DNA from: Escherichia phage vB_EcoM_SQ17
Direction: 5' to 3' (one strand)
Length of the DNA: 64,000 nucleotides
Sequence record: MW882907
The translations under genes and the position numbers were made by a program. This document shows, in pieces, positions 28,286 to 36,887 of this stretch; position 1 is the stretch's first letter; each line of letters begins with the position of its first letter. The notes under the pieces are model-generated. The model was given only the letters and a program-made list of their open reading frames with translations. It was not told the origin of the DNA and searched no databases.

Positions 28286-28867
28286 TTATAACAACCCTGT
28301 CAAATCATTCCAATGCTTCCGGCATAATGACACATATCTATCGGTGTCACCAATTTCAATTTGACTGCCATCTGTAATTGGAAGTCCGTCTTCCGTGACT
28401 CTAGCTACCATTGTGGCCTTTTTACCACAATGACAGACACCTTTAAGTTCAACAAGCTTATCAGCAATAGCCATTAATGCTTGAGAACCTTCAAATAGAT
28501 TACCTTTAAAATCTGTTCGTAGTCCATATGCCATTACCGGCACATTGTATACGTCAACAATACGACTAAGTTGATACACCTTTTCAGTAGTTAAGAACTG
28601 AGCTTCGTCAACAAATACACAATGAATATCCTTTTGTGCTGCAGCCCATTTATAGAATTCAAAGATATCCATGTCTTTTGTAATTATATTGGCGTCCTGA
28701 CGAATACCAATACGGGAGACTATTTCACCTTTTGAATCGCGAGTATCAATAGCCGGTTTAAGAACTAATACACCCATGCCACGTTCTTTATAGTTATGTG
28801 CGGCAGTAAGTAATGAAGCAGACTTACCAGCGTTCATAGCGGCATATGTAAAAATTAAACTAGCCAT
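28286..28867 (-). CDS. tk: thymidine kinase
   Basis: 193-aa ORF; P-loop YAAMNAGKSASLL, Walker B VFVDEAQF, C-terminal zinc ribbon CHCGKKA...CRKH. Confidence 0.9.
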   Translation of the reverse strand: MASLIFTYAAMNAGKSASLLTAAHNYKERGMGVLVLKPAIDTRDSKGEIVSRIGIRQDANIITKDMDIFEFYKWAAAQKDIHCVFVDEAQFLTTEKVYQLSRIVDVYNVPVMAYGLRTDFKGNLFEGSQALMAIADKLVELKGVCHCGKKATMVARVTEDGLPITDGSQIEIGDTDRYVSLCRKHWNDLTGLL

Positions 28868-29057
28868 AAGAGTCCTTAGTTAAATTTTCTAAATATGTTT
28901 CTAAATCATTTTCAGCTTTATCGATAGATTTTACTAATTCGTAGTATGTTTCAGCATCTCCATAATCCGAAGCCAATTCAAAAGATAAATCTCGTTCTAA
29001 ACTAATAATTTCGCTGATTAAAAATCGTATTTCATTCTTTTGTTCGCGAGTAATCAT
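28860..29057 (-). CDS. hypothetical protein
   Basis: 65-aa ORF, acidic. Confidence 0.45.
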   Translation of the reverse strand: MITREQKNEIRFLISEIISLERDLSFELASDYGDAETYYELVKSIDKAENDLETYLENLTKDSYG

Positions 29058-29260
29058 AAGGAATTTATATAATCAATAAGTTCTTGTTCTTTATCGTCGA
29101 AATCTTTACACAGTTCTTCGTATTCGTCGGTATTAAAAGGACCGCATTCATCGCAAACTTTTTCCAATTCACTATTTTTATCCATAACTTCGTGAATAAG
29201 AGAAAATAGTCTGTCTTTTTGTTCTTTACTTAAACTCATAACCATGTAACCTTTAAGCAA
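29054..29260 (-). CDS. hypothetical protein
   Basis: 68-aa ORF, ATGA overlap with neighbour. Confidence 0.45.
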   Translation of the reverse strand: MLKGYMVMSLSKEQKDRLFSLIHEVMDKNSELEKVCDECGPFNTDEYEELCKDFDDKEQELIDYINSL

Positions 29261-29463
29261 TATTCTTCTACATGTTGTTTACGACCTTTCTTATCAATAA
29301 AGGTATATTCAACGAATGTTCCGATGTAGTCTTTATCTACATCATGTGGACTATTAATTGGGCATTTAGTACGGCAAATGCGTTCCCATTGACGAATAAT
29401 TACTGCCTTATTCTTTGGGTCATATGGATGTGGATAATGTATATTCATAATAATGGTTCCCAA
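29236..29463 (-). CDS. hypothetical protein
   Basis: 75-aa ORF with several Cys/His. Confidence 0.45.
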   Translation of the reverse strand: MGTIIMNIHYPHPYDPKNKAVIIRQWERICRTKCPINSPHDVDKDYIGTFVEYTFIDKKGRKQHVEEYCLKVTWL

Positions 29464-29912
29464 TCAACAATCACAATTTCTAGTTTAGTGGAATACGTAT
29501 CTAAAATCTCTTCGATGATATCCCAGTTTCCGCCACCGATACCTGCACCAATTCTTGGCATATAAATTACAGGCTTTGTTATCTTATTCTTTCCGAATTC
29601 ATTTAATTCTATTATACAATTCATTAAAGCAGAGTACTCAAAATTAGGTCCTGGCTCAAACTGTGTATAAAGATTAAAGCAATAAGCTTTATGTGTCTTA
29701 AAATATTTTTCATAAACCGAATAAGTCCCGAGTTTAGACTCGTCTCCGAATTCGGTTTGAAGTTTATCGGCTTCCAGAATTTTTGGATAAGCCTTTGCTA
29801 ATTGTCCTGCCACACCAGCGCCCATTGTATGAAAACAATTACACCCATGAGCGATATTATTACCTTTAGAAAACAGGGCGACAATATCGCCCTTGATATA
29901 GTTTTTAATCAC
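29445..29912 (-). CDS. macro-domain-like protein (putative ADP-ribose binding/processing)
   Basis: GDIVALFSKGNNIAHGCNC...MGAGVAGQL ... PRIGAGIGGG resembles macro-domain glycine-rich motifs; no ATG, probable GTG start overlapping upstream stop. Confidence 0.5.
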   Translation of the reverse strand: MIKNYIKGDIVALFSKGNNIAHGCNCFHTMGAGVAGQLAKAYPKILEADKLQTEFGDESKLGTYSVYEKYFKTHKAYCFNLYTQFEPGPNFEYSALMNCIIELNEFGKNKITKPVIYMPRIGAGIGGGNWDIIEEILDTYSTKLEIVIVDWEPLL

Positions 29913-30252
29913 TTGCTGCAAGTCCTCTAGTATAAGAGTCAACTAGGCGGTCCACCATAGAATTGCATGCTGCCTTATCTTTAGGTTCCGCCACCGAGCA
30001 TTCTAATATTTGCCATTTTTTATAGTATCTTTTAATTAAGGTAGACGCCTTGAACCTACTAGACGCCCCATCTTTTTCTCCGTCTTTATACGCATATAAC
30101 AATTTTTGTGAAAAATCTACTTTACACTCTTGACTTTTACCACAATAATCAGACGCTGTTCTGTTTGTATACTCCGTTACATCAGTATATGTAGTATTAG
30201 CAAGAGCGTTAAATGAAACCAAGCCAACTATTAAAGCCAACATTTTGGTCAT
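29905..30252 (-). CDS. secreted/periplasmic protein
   Basis: 115-aa ORF with signal peptide MTKMLALIVGLVSFNALA and four cysteines. Confidence 0.5.
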   Translation of the reverse strand: MTKMLALIVGLVSFNALANTTYTDVTEYTNRTASDYCGKSQECKVDFSQKLLYAYKDGEKDGASSRFKASTLIKRYYKKWQILECSVAEPKDKAACNSMVDRLVDSYTRGLAASD

Positions 30253-30791
30253 TCTTTTATTTCCAGTAGTTTGGTTGATTTAAGGTAATTAGCCTTTTCT
30301 AGGACTTCAGAAGCATATTTACTTCCAGCACTTGTCTTCCATCCCGCATTATATGAGGATATAGCTTTTCTTATATCCCCGTTATGTATATTTAACCAAT
30401 AAGAAAATTCGATATAAGCCCATCTGGCTGAATTAGACCGCTTAGATAGCATTTTCTTAATTTGGGCATCAGTCATATTATAACCAAGCTGGTTAATTCT
30501 TGCCCTCATTGTTGGTAGATAATTTTGGAACATTCCATACGCATGGTGACCTTTCTTATCTTTAAGATTAATACCGGCAGATGATTCCTGCCATAGTATT
30601 GCGGCCATTATGTATCCAAGTCCTTTCTTATGCATATTTTCATGCGTTTTAAATTTTCCATCCTTAGAAAACTGTTCCCCAAACTGATAAGCATAATTCA
30701 AGTTATCGAGTTGGACATTACTAAAAGTATGCTCGGAGCTATGTGCTGATAACGAAAGAGCAAATAGACCAGCGAGTAGTGCTTTTCTCAT
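30249..30791 (-). CDS. periplasmic lytic transglycosylase (SLT domain) protein
   Basis: 180-aa ORF; signal peptide MRKALLAGLFALSLSAHS; SLT motifs QESS...AYGMFQ and SSYNAGW. Confidence 0.6.
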   Translation of the reverse strand: MRKALLAGLFALSLSAHSSEHTFSNVQLDNLNYAYQFGEQFSKDGKFKTHENMHKKGLGYIMAAILWQESSAGINLKDKKGHHAYGMFQNYLPTMRARINQLGYNMTDAQIKKMLSKRSNSARWAYIEFSYWLNIHNGDIRKAISSYNAGWKTSAGSKYASEVLEKANYLKSTKLLEIKE

Positions 30792-30799
30792 GTTTACCT

Positions 30800-31258
30800 C
30801 TAGATTTTAATCACTGCTTTAGAAGCTTTTCCTGGTAGTCGTTTACTGTTAATAATAGCCATTCTGCATTGAAGAGTCTTCATTTTGAATGCTGGATTTT
30901 CGCGACAAACTGTAAGTCCTAACCAAAGATTTCCGTCAGTTATTTCTAAACGGCCTGGACGATATTCGACACCTTCGACAAAATCTTCGTCAACATCTGG
31001 ACGTGCCGGCATTGATAAAAATTCTGCAACTTCTTTAACATGATTTTTTACTTTACGAAATAATTCAAAAACGTAGTTCTCATCTATTTCTCTCTGGATA
31101 GCACGATCTAAGAGATGTTGAGAATACTTGATATGAAAGCCTGGTAGTCCAAGAGACTTTGCAGCATCTTTTATACCGGCATTTATTTTGCGGAACTCCG
31201 TTTCAAAGATTCGACGGAGTTTATTACGGCGGATAAAAACGTCAGAATTGATAGTCAT
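30800..31258 (-). CDS. regB: site-specific endoribonuclease RegB
   Basis: 152-aa ORF MTINSDVFIRRNKLRRIFETEFRKINAG... in the T4 regB position; recalled similarity to T4 RegB. Confidence 0.8.
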   Translation of the reverse strand: MTINSDVFIRRNKLRRIFETEFRKINAGIKDAAKSLGLPGFHIKYSQHLLDRAIQREIDENYVFELFRKVKNHVKEVAEFLSMPARPDVDEDFVEGVEYRPGRLEITDGNLWLGLTVCRENPAFKMKTLQCRMAIINSKRLPGKASKAVIKI

Positions 31259-31320
31259 TTTTGATTTCTCCTCTAGTTGACAGGACTATAGTAACACATC
31301 TAGAGGAGAAGTAAACAACT

Positions 31321-31536
31321 TTATTGATAAAATGGAGTTAAAGCCCAAGATTCTTTAGATACCATATCGGCGAAATGCCTCATCTCTTCGATTTGGCGCC
31401 GACGCTGGTCGGCATAGTCTTCTTCGCCTTCTTCCTTACAATCTTCAAGGTCTTCTTCAAGATACTTTAAGTATTCACTACAAATTTTGTTGACCTTTTC
31501 TTGAAAGTCCAATAACCCAGTAATAGTAGAAGCCAT
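31321..31536 (-). CDS. hypothetical protein
   Basis: 71-aa ORF, acidic. Confidence 0.45.
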   Translation of the reverse strand: MASTITGLLDFQEKVNKICSEYLKYLEEDLEDCKEEGEEDYADQRRRQIEEMRHFADMVSKESWALTPFYQ

Positions 31537-31817
31537 TAGTATTTTTCCTCAGGTCGAAATACTGCACGACATGCCCACATACTGGCTTCTTTTAGATGTT
31601 GCTTAGCATACTTAAGAGCCTGCACTGCATCCATATCTTCTTTGGTTTGTTGCTCTGTTTCATTTTCTTTCAAGATATACGCTTCTTCAATCAGAGCATC
31701 AAACATCAATCCAAGACGGACTTCGGCATCTTTAATAGCGTTCACTTTACCGATTTTATCGTCGGTATGCGGCTTGTAGCCTTTGATGTCTTCAATCGAC
31801 ATAAGGAATTTCCTCAT
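31536..31817 (-). CDS. Acb2-like protein (T4 vs.4 position; putative cyclic-oligonucleotide sponge)
   Basis: Track ORF trimmed to ATG: MRKFLMSIEDIKGYKPHTDDKIGKVNAIKDAEVRLGLMFDALIEEAYIL... 93 aa; size and position match T4 vs.4. Confidence 0.5.
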   Translation of the reverse strand: MRKFLMSIEDIKGYKPHTDDKIGKVNAIKDAEVRLGLMFDALIEEAYILKENETEQQTKEDMDAVQALKYAKQHLKEASMWACRAVFRPEEKY

Positions 31818-32016
31818 CGGTGGCAAGGTCATATTCGACCAATTGGATAGGCTCATTAATACCATATCCACGTACAGTGATATCAGTTGTCGGATAGTTT
31901 CCAGTAATATCACCCATTCTAAATGCTTCAGTGAATGATTGCTCGCCTGAGCAACTAAACCAGGCGGCAAAACATTTTAAAACATCTTCAGACCCTTCTA
32001 TAATCAATTTAGCCAT
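31792..32016 (-). CDS. hypothetical protein
   Basis: 74-aa ORF, acidic. Confidence 0.4.
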   Translation of the reverse strand: MAKLIIEGSEDVLKCFAAWFSCSGEQSFTEAFRMGDITGNYPTTDITVRGYGINEPIQLVEYDLATDEEIPYVD

Positions 32017-32378
32017 TATAGACTCTCAGTAAAGGTACGAGCGATAACATCGCGCTGCTGTTCCGGGGTCAGAGAGTTAAAGCGAACTGCATAACCGGAT
32101 ACACGGATGGTCAGCTGCGGATATTTTTCCGGATGCTTAACTGCATCTTCCAGAGTTTCACGACGCAGAACGTTAACGTTCAGGTGTTGACCACCTTCAA
32201 TTTTAACTTTAGGATGATGTTCAATTTCAATTTCACGGGCATTCAAACCGTAGAAAATTTCCGGGTCTACAATAGCGTCTTCTTTAAAAGTCTTAGAGAC
32301 GATAATCCGGGCTTGAGTACCGTCTTCAAAATAAATAGTGCCTTTATGTGCACCTTCAAGAATTTGATATGCTTTCAT
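32016..32378 (-). CDS. autonomous glycyl radical cofactor (GrcA/YfiD-like)
   Basis: 120-aa ORF ending ...[33 protein letters not shown] with RVSGY glycyl-radical motif; 3' half visibly GC-richer. Confidence 0.7.
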   Translation of the reverse strand: MKAYQILEGAHKGTIYFEDGTQARIIVSKTFKEDAIVDPEIFYGLNAREIEIEHHPKVKIEGGQHLNVNVLRRETLEDAVKHPEKYPQLTIRVSGYAVRFNSLTPEQQRDVIARTFTESL

Positions 32379-32384
32379 ATAACC

Positions 32385-32693
32385 TCAATTAGAAAATAAA
32401 TTTATCCAAGTTTTTTCTTTAATCAAAAATGGGTCGGAATTAAACGCCATTAAACTTTGAGTGATTAATCCCTTAAATGGCCCATCAATAAATTCCATTT
32501 TGAAATGCGGAATACTAGTCATCAACCGTGCATTAGGAGCAGTACAAAGAACCTGCTGCCCTGCGAACGGACCTTTAGTCAAACGATATCGTTTAGGTTT
32601 AAAATGGTAAATCTCGTAATTTTCTACAAGAGCCCTTTTATTGCATACTGGGCTGTTATAACAATACTCAAAAACTTCAATAGTGGTCATCAT
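32385..32693 (-). CDS. hypothetical protein
   Basis: Track ORF trimmed to ATG ATG (MMTTIEVFEYCYNSPV...), overlapping upstream stop. Confidence 0.45.
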   Translation of the reverse strand: MMTTIEVFEYCYNSPVCNKRALVENYEIYHFKPKRYRLTKGPFAGQQVLCTAPNARLMTSIPHFKMEFIDGPFKGLITQSLMAFNSDPFLIKEKTWINLFSN

Positions 32694-33229
32694 TGCATTC
32701 CAATCACAAAAAATTGAGGACGAGCAATACCGCCGATGCAATATTTGCTTTTGCAGCAGTACTGTACTGATTTAATATGGACATTGTAAATCTTATCCAT
32801 ATCAGGAGCTTTAATAGGCTCGTCAATTATATACAGAATACGAGAAAGCGTTAATCCACGGAATTTAGAACCTTCATTACCAATAAAACTACGGACAGAA
32901 TCAGTAAATAAACGGAATCGAATATCATCGCTAGAATAACGAGAAAATTCTTTTTTAATGTTGCCAGCAGAAATTTTAGCATAAGCTGAAGTATTAGAAA
33001 GAACAATAACTGTTCCACCATCGTGCAGCCAATTAGCGGCAAAATTAGTTACTGCAGTCGATTTACCCGATTGTCTGCCGCCGTCTAAACGAAGTGTACA
33101 GTACTGCTTGAGTACTTCTTCAAATGGCGGGATATAACCATTCTTACAAATTTCTTCTACTCTAGCATCAGAATGGTGTGTAAAAGCATTCATCAGGGAT
33201 AGATAAGGTCCAGTTAAAAATGTTCTCAT
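32690..33229 (-). CDS. small P-loop NTPase of unknown function
   Basis: 179-aa ORF; Walker A DGGRQSGKST, Walker B ILYIIDEP. Confidence 0.5.
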   Translation of the reverse strand: MRTFLTGPYLSLMNAFTHHSDARVEEICKNGYIPPFEEVLKQYCTLRLDGGRQSGKSTAVTNFAANWLHDGGTVIVLSNTSAYAKISAGNIKKEFSRYSSDDIRFRLFTDSVRSFIGNEGSKFRGLTLSRILYIIDEPIKAPDMDKIYNVHIKSVQYCCKSKYCIGGIARPQFFVIGMQ

Positions 33230-33402
33230 TTAGTTTCTCTTTTAGGTTGGGCCATTCCGCGGCACATGTTAGGTCCTTCGACTCGCTATGTAAACCCATT
33301 ACCGCACTTGGGCTCGACCTTATTACAGGTTGGAAAAGGTACATCACTCAGAGGACTCGACGTTCATAAGGAGAGGTTGCGTTTCCCTTTATTAGGCAAG
33401 AA

Positions 33403-33732
33403 TTATACTCTAGGCTTTTGAGCTTGTTTGGTATTGGATTCCCATGCGGCTTTGGTAATTTTGTTAGCGGCATAACCAAAGGCACTAGATAGAACACCTT
33501 TAGAGTTGAATACGTCCAATCCAATAAGTACACCGGCTGTGTTAAATTTAGGAGCAAAGTACGCATTAGTTTTAGAAAGAGCTTTTTTCAATTCAGGGTC
33601 TTGAACCAAGCCATCAAAAACGCCTTTACTATTTACTTTATATGTTACTTTGGGATTTTTAGCTTCTTCGATAGCAGCTTTCTGTTCCGCAGATAATGTA
33701 ACTTCAGTGATAAACTCTTGATATGTTTTCAT
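33403..33732 (-). CDS. internal protein (capsid-targeted) family member
   Basis: 109-aa ORF starting MKTYQEFITEV, the T4 internal-protein capsid targeting sequence pattern MK(T/M)(Y/F)xEF(I/L)xE. Confidence 0.6.
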   Translation of the reverse strand: MKTYQEFITEVTLSAEQKAAIEEAKNPKVTYKVNSKGVFDGLVQDPELKKALSKTNAYFAPKFNTAGVLIGLDVFNSKGVLSSAFGYAANKITKAAWESNTKQAQKPRV

Positions 33733-33770
33733 ATGTTTCCTTTAAATGTAAATAGGCCTAAGTATCGGCC

Positions 33771-34349
33771 TTAATTACCACGGGCTGCATTAGCAACGGC
33801 ATAAGCGTACTGAACATTAGCGTCTTTAAACGTACCTTTAGAGGTATCTATTTCTGCCTTAAAGCCGCCTTTAGCCATAACATCGGCAAATTCTTTACGG
33901 AAAGCCATTGCATCAAGACCTTTCCATGATGATTTATGCTTGGCAAATTCAAGACCTGCGAAGTTGACAGCTTTAGCCAATTTATTATCAATGACCCATT
34001 TACCGGCTTTAGGCACAAACTTCGGTCCTTTTTGTTTAGAGAACAGTTTTAAATTCCAGCGACGAAGATCACTGTCGGCTTTAACAAAAGCTGCGTCTAA
34101 GTTACTAGCAACAACATCTTCAATATGAGCAAATTTAAGTCCGTCAACTTCAATATTTAGATCGTTACGCCAGCGAAGTCCTTCCCAAGCGAAGGCTTTA
34201 AAATCAGAAGCTTTTGTGGCTAGATATCGTTCAAGTGGAGCAGTTTTAGGGTCAAAGCCGTTTCCGCCACGATAAGTCCACTCGTCCTTATTAATGCCTT
34301 GAGCTTTTCCTGCAAAGGCCTCGGCGATAAATTCTTTATATGTTTTCAT
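33771..34349 (-). CDS. internal protein (capsid-targeted) family member
   Basis: Track ORF trimmed to ATG: MKTYKEFIAEAFAGKAQGINKDEW... 192 aa; CTS-type N-terminus. Confidence 0.6.
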   Translation of the reverse strand: MKTYKEFIAEAFAGKAQGINKDEWTYRGGNGFDPKTAPLERYLATKASDFKAFAWEGLRWRNDLNIEVDGLKFAHIEDVVASNLDAAFVKADSDLRRWNLKLFSKQKGPKFVPKAGKWVIDNKLAKAVNFAGLEFAKHKSSWKGLDAMAFRKEFADVMAKGGFKAEIDTSKGTFKDANVQYAYAVANAARGN

Positions 34350-34412
34350 TTTTGTTTCCTTGTTTGTTTTGATAGAGTAATTATACCATATTAACACTTA
34401 AGCGTAAACAAT

Positions 34413-34673
34413 TTAAGCTTTACCGCCAGAAATAATTCCGAAGTTGTTAAAATCGTATCCAATATCGTCAACATCTACTTTAGGGCTTGCTACAACATAA
34501 GCAATTTCACTACGTTTTGCATAGGTGTTGATTTCTTTACCATCGCCACCTAAGAAAAAATACCCATTACGTTTTAATGAGCCAAAGTCTTCCGCATCAC
34601 CAATGAAAGCTTTAACTTTAAATTTAGGACCTTTGGCATCTGCTTCAATGATAAATTCTTGATACATTTTCAT
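34413..34673 (-). CDS. internal protein (capsid-targeted) family member
   Basis: 86-aa ORF starting MKMYQEFIIEA. Confidence 0.6.
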   Translation of the reverse strand: MKMYQEFIIEADAKGPKFKVKAFIGDAEDFGSLKRNGYFFLGGDGKEINTYAKRSEIAYVVASPKVDVDDIGYDFNNFGIISGGKA

Positions 34674-34679
34674 TTTTCC

Positions 34680-35093
34680 TTAGTAAATTGATTTACCATA
34701 GTATTTGTACCAAGTAGGACGTTGAGCAATTTTTTCGTCTAAACGTGCTTGACTTATCGCAATGGACGCTTCGGACGGGACATAATTATTACGAAATTCG
34801 GCAGGGATGTCGGAAATATCCTGGACAGTCGTGTCCTTGATTTTGAAACCACGTTTCAAACATTCAGCGATTAGCTCGATTTGTCGTAAACGTAAAAATT
34901 CGAGTTTGTCGTAAAAGAATGTTACGTGACCTGTGCCTAAGATAAATGTTGGAGAGATTTTAAAATCCTTTACACGTTTACCGTTTTGAACATGTTTACG
35001 GACTGCACCAAATACGCGTGGTAATTCACGATACTCAGCCATAAGATGTTGGTCGGTCAGTTCAGAAACAAGTGTTAAATTGATACGAGTCAT
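34680..35093 (-). CDS. denV: endonuclease V (pyrimidine dimer DNA glycosylase) DenV
   Basis: ATG at 35093: [34 protein letters not shown]... 137 aa, T4 DenV-like throughout. Confidence 0.9.
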   Translation of the reverse strand: MTRINLTLVSELTDQHLMAEYRELPRVFGAVRKHVQNGKRVKDFKISPTFILGTGHVTFFYDKLEFLRLRQIELIAECLKRGFKIKDTTVQDISDIPAEFRNNYVPSEASIAISQARLDEKIAQRPTWYKYYGKSIY

Positions 35094-35151
35094 AAGTTCC
35101 TCCAAGTAGTTGATGAATGTATAGTATCAAAACCCTTGGAGGAAGTAAACA

Positions 35152-35433
35152 CTATTTTTCTGAAGCGCCTGAAATATATTTTTCAAGACGTTGTTTCATC
35201 AGCGAGCCGTTCTTAGCGATTTCTTCCGGTTTATCACACATACGCAACAAGGCTTCAAGCTTAACGATATCGCTGGTACGTTCAAATTTGCGAGTATCTA
35301 TCTTACTAGCAAGTTCAGAAATACGTGCTAATAGACTTTCGGCTTCAACCAAAGCTGCACCTAGCTTAGTTGCAAAGGTGTCAGTAGCTTCGTTAAGAAT
35401 AGATTCTGATAAAAATTCACTATATGTTTTCAT
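35152..35433 (-). CDS. internal protein (capsid-targeted) family member
   Basis: Track ORF trimmed to ATG: [18 protein letters not shown]...; ATGA overlap with lysozyme stop. Confidence 0.6.
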   Translation of the reverse strand: MKTYSEFLSESILNEATDTFATKLGAALVEAESLLARISELASKIDTRKFERTSDIVKLEALLRMCDKPEEIAKNGSLMKQRLEKYISGASEK

Positions 35434-35918
35434 ATATACGCTTTCCAAGTTCCTGTTTTAAATGTTGAGATTACGCGTTTCGCGCGATTAGGTGTCTGAC
35501 GATACCACTTAGATTGGGCTAGATTTACTGCCGCTTCGTCCCAACGTTTCTGTTGAAGCATACGAAGAGAATTAGTAAAACCAGCGACGCCTGCTACACC
35601 CATTTGGAAGACCATATTGACCAATGCACATCGACGAACTGCATCTAAAGAATCATATACCGGTTTAAGTTTAGCATTACCCAAGATTCCGCGAACAGCT
35701 TTATCAACATCTTCATTAAATAACTTTTCAGCCTCATCAAGGGTAATTGTACCGTTGCATTTACGTCCGATCATTCTGTCAAGTTCAGCTTTAGCTACGG
35801 CTAAAGACGGGTTCTTTGTTACTAAATGGCCTATGCCAATCGTCCAAAAGCCTTCAGTGTCTTTGTATAAAGACAGTCTAAGACCTTCGTCATTACGAAG
35901 CATTTCAAATATATTCAT
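35430..35918 (-). CDS. e: lysozyme (endolysin) e
   Basis: ATG at 35918: [32 protein letters not shown]... T4-lysozyme fold with catalytic E11/D20 context. Confidence 0.9.
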   Translation of the reverse strand: MNIFEMLRNDEGLRLSLYKDTEGFWTIGIGHLVTKNPSLAVAKAELDRMIGRKCNGTITLDEAEKLFNEDVDKAVRGILGNAKLKPVYDSLDAVRRCALVNMVFQMGVAGVAGFTNSLRMLQQKRWDEAAVNLAQSKWYRQTPNRAKRVISTFKTGTWKAYI

Positions 35919-35952
35919 AATACCTCCCACGTTTATAGGAGGTATTTATTAC

Positions 35953-36426
35953 TTATAGGATGGTAGTGAGCACCTTATATAATGATTTGCCCATTACATA
36001 TTCCCATTGAGAAGGTTTAATTAAAGCGAATGCATCAAATTCAGGAATCTGTCGTCCGTCTGGGAACGTATGATAGGAATTACAAACACTGTTTCTGAAT
36101 TGCTCGTGCTCTACAGGGATGGTATATAAGAACAGATGAATATTCTTATTGTCTGAGTAATGATGATCACCTAGGTCTTTCAGGAAGGCAGGGTCATATT
36201 GTGTAAACCCGGTTTCTTCTTCGCATTCACGAATAGCGGCTTCGATAGGAGATTCGCCGGGCTCGACACGACCTTTAGGAATATCCCACCGATGAGCTAA
36301 AGAACCTTTAGGACGAGAACCAGTTACACGCCCCATGAATAATTCTTTATCTTCGGTAAGGAAAATAATACCAGCTGATAGTTCTTTCACTTTATTTTTC
36401 TTACTCATCATCTCAAATTCCTGCAT
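35953..36426 (-). CDS. nudE: Nudix hydrolase NudE
   Basis: 157-aa ORF with Nudix box GRVEPGESPIEAAIRECEEETG. Confidence 0.8.
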   Translation of the reverse strand: MQEFEMMSKKNKVKELSAGIIFLTEDKELFMGRVTGSRPKGSLAHRWDIPKGRVEPGESPIEAAIRECEEETGFTQYDPAFLKDLGDHHYSDNKNIHLFLYTIPVEHEQFRNSVCNSYHTFPDGRQIPEFDAFALIKPSQWEYVMGKSLYKVLTTIL

Positions 36427-36806
36427 TCGGTAATAAAACGTTCAACTTCATTATTCTTGGCCTTTATCTTGTCTTTATGTTCTTGTAAACTACTTTTAAT
36501 AAGATTAATAATGATGGCAGCGGTACCGCCGCCAATGATGCCACCAACAACACTTATGATAATAGATGCTAATAAGATAGCAATAATATCAACAAAACCG
36601 AAAGAACTCACCTTAGTACTGAAAAACCATATAGACGGTACAAATATAATCCATCCTGTTATCCATTGACACTTATTGAAAAACTTTTCAAGCTCAGCTT
36701 GAGTTGTTCGTATTACTTCATCGATAGGTTGATATCCATTAATGTATCTGTTCACGATAATACCTGCTGGCTGGTCGATTTTAAATTCTTGGCAAATACG
36801 TTTCAC
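36408..36806 (-). CDS. membrane protein
   Basis: 132-aa ORF, no ATG (GTG start), two hydrophobic helices and glycine zipper VVGGIIGGGTAAIII. Confidence 0.4.
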   Translation of the reverse strand: MKRICQEFKIDQPAGIIVNRYINGYQPIDEVIRTTQAELEKFFNKCQWITGWIIFVPSIWFFSTKVSSFGFVDIIAILLASIIISVVGGIIGGGTAAIIINLIKSSLQEHKDKIKAKNNEVERFITECRNLR

Positions 36807-36887
36807 TAAGTAGGATGGACATCCTGTCCAATCTACTGAATAGTATGAAATACCTTCATTGATTAGACCAATATGTTTTGTTAATCA

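Noticed and set aside
33348-33566. 72-aa minus-strand ORF overlapping the internal-protein gene at 33403..33732
   Set aside because: Alternative frame of a well-supported leader-bearing ORF, extending into the GC-rich non-coding segment.
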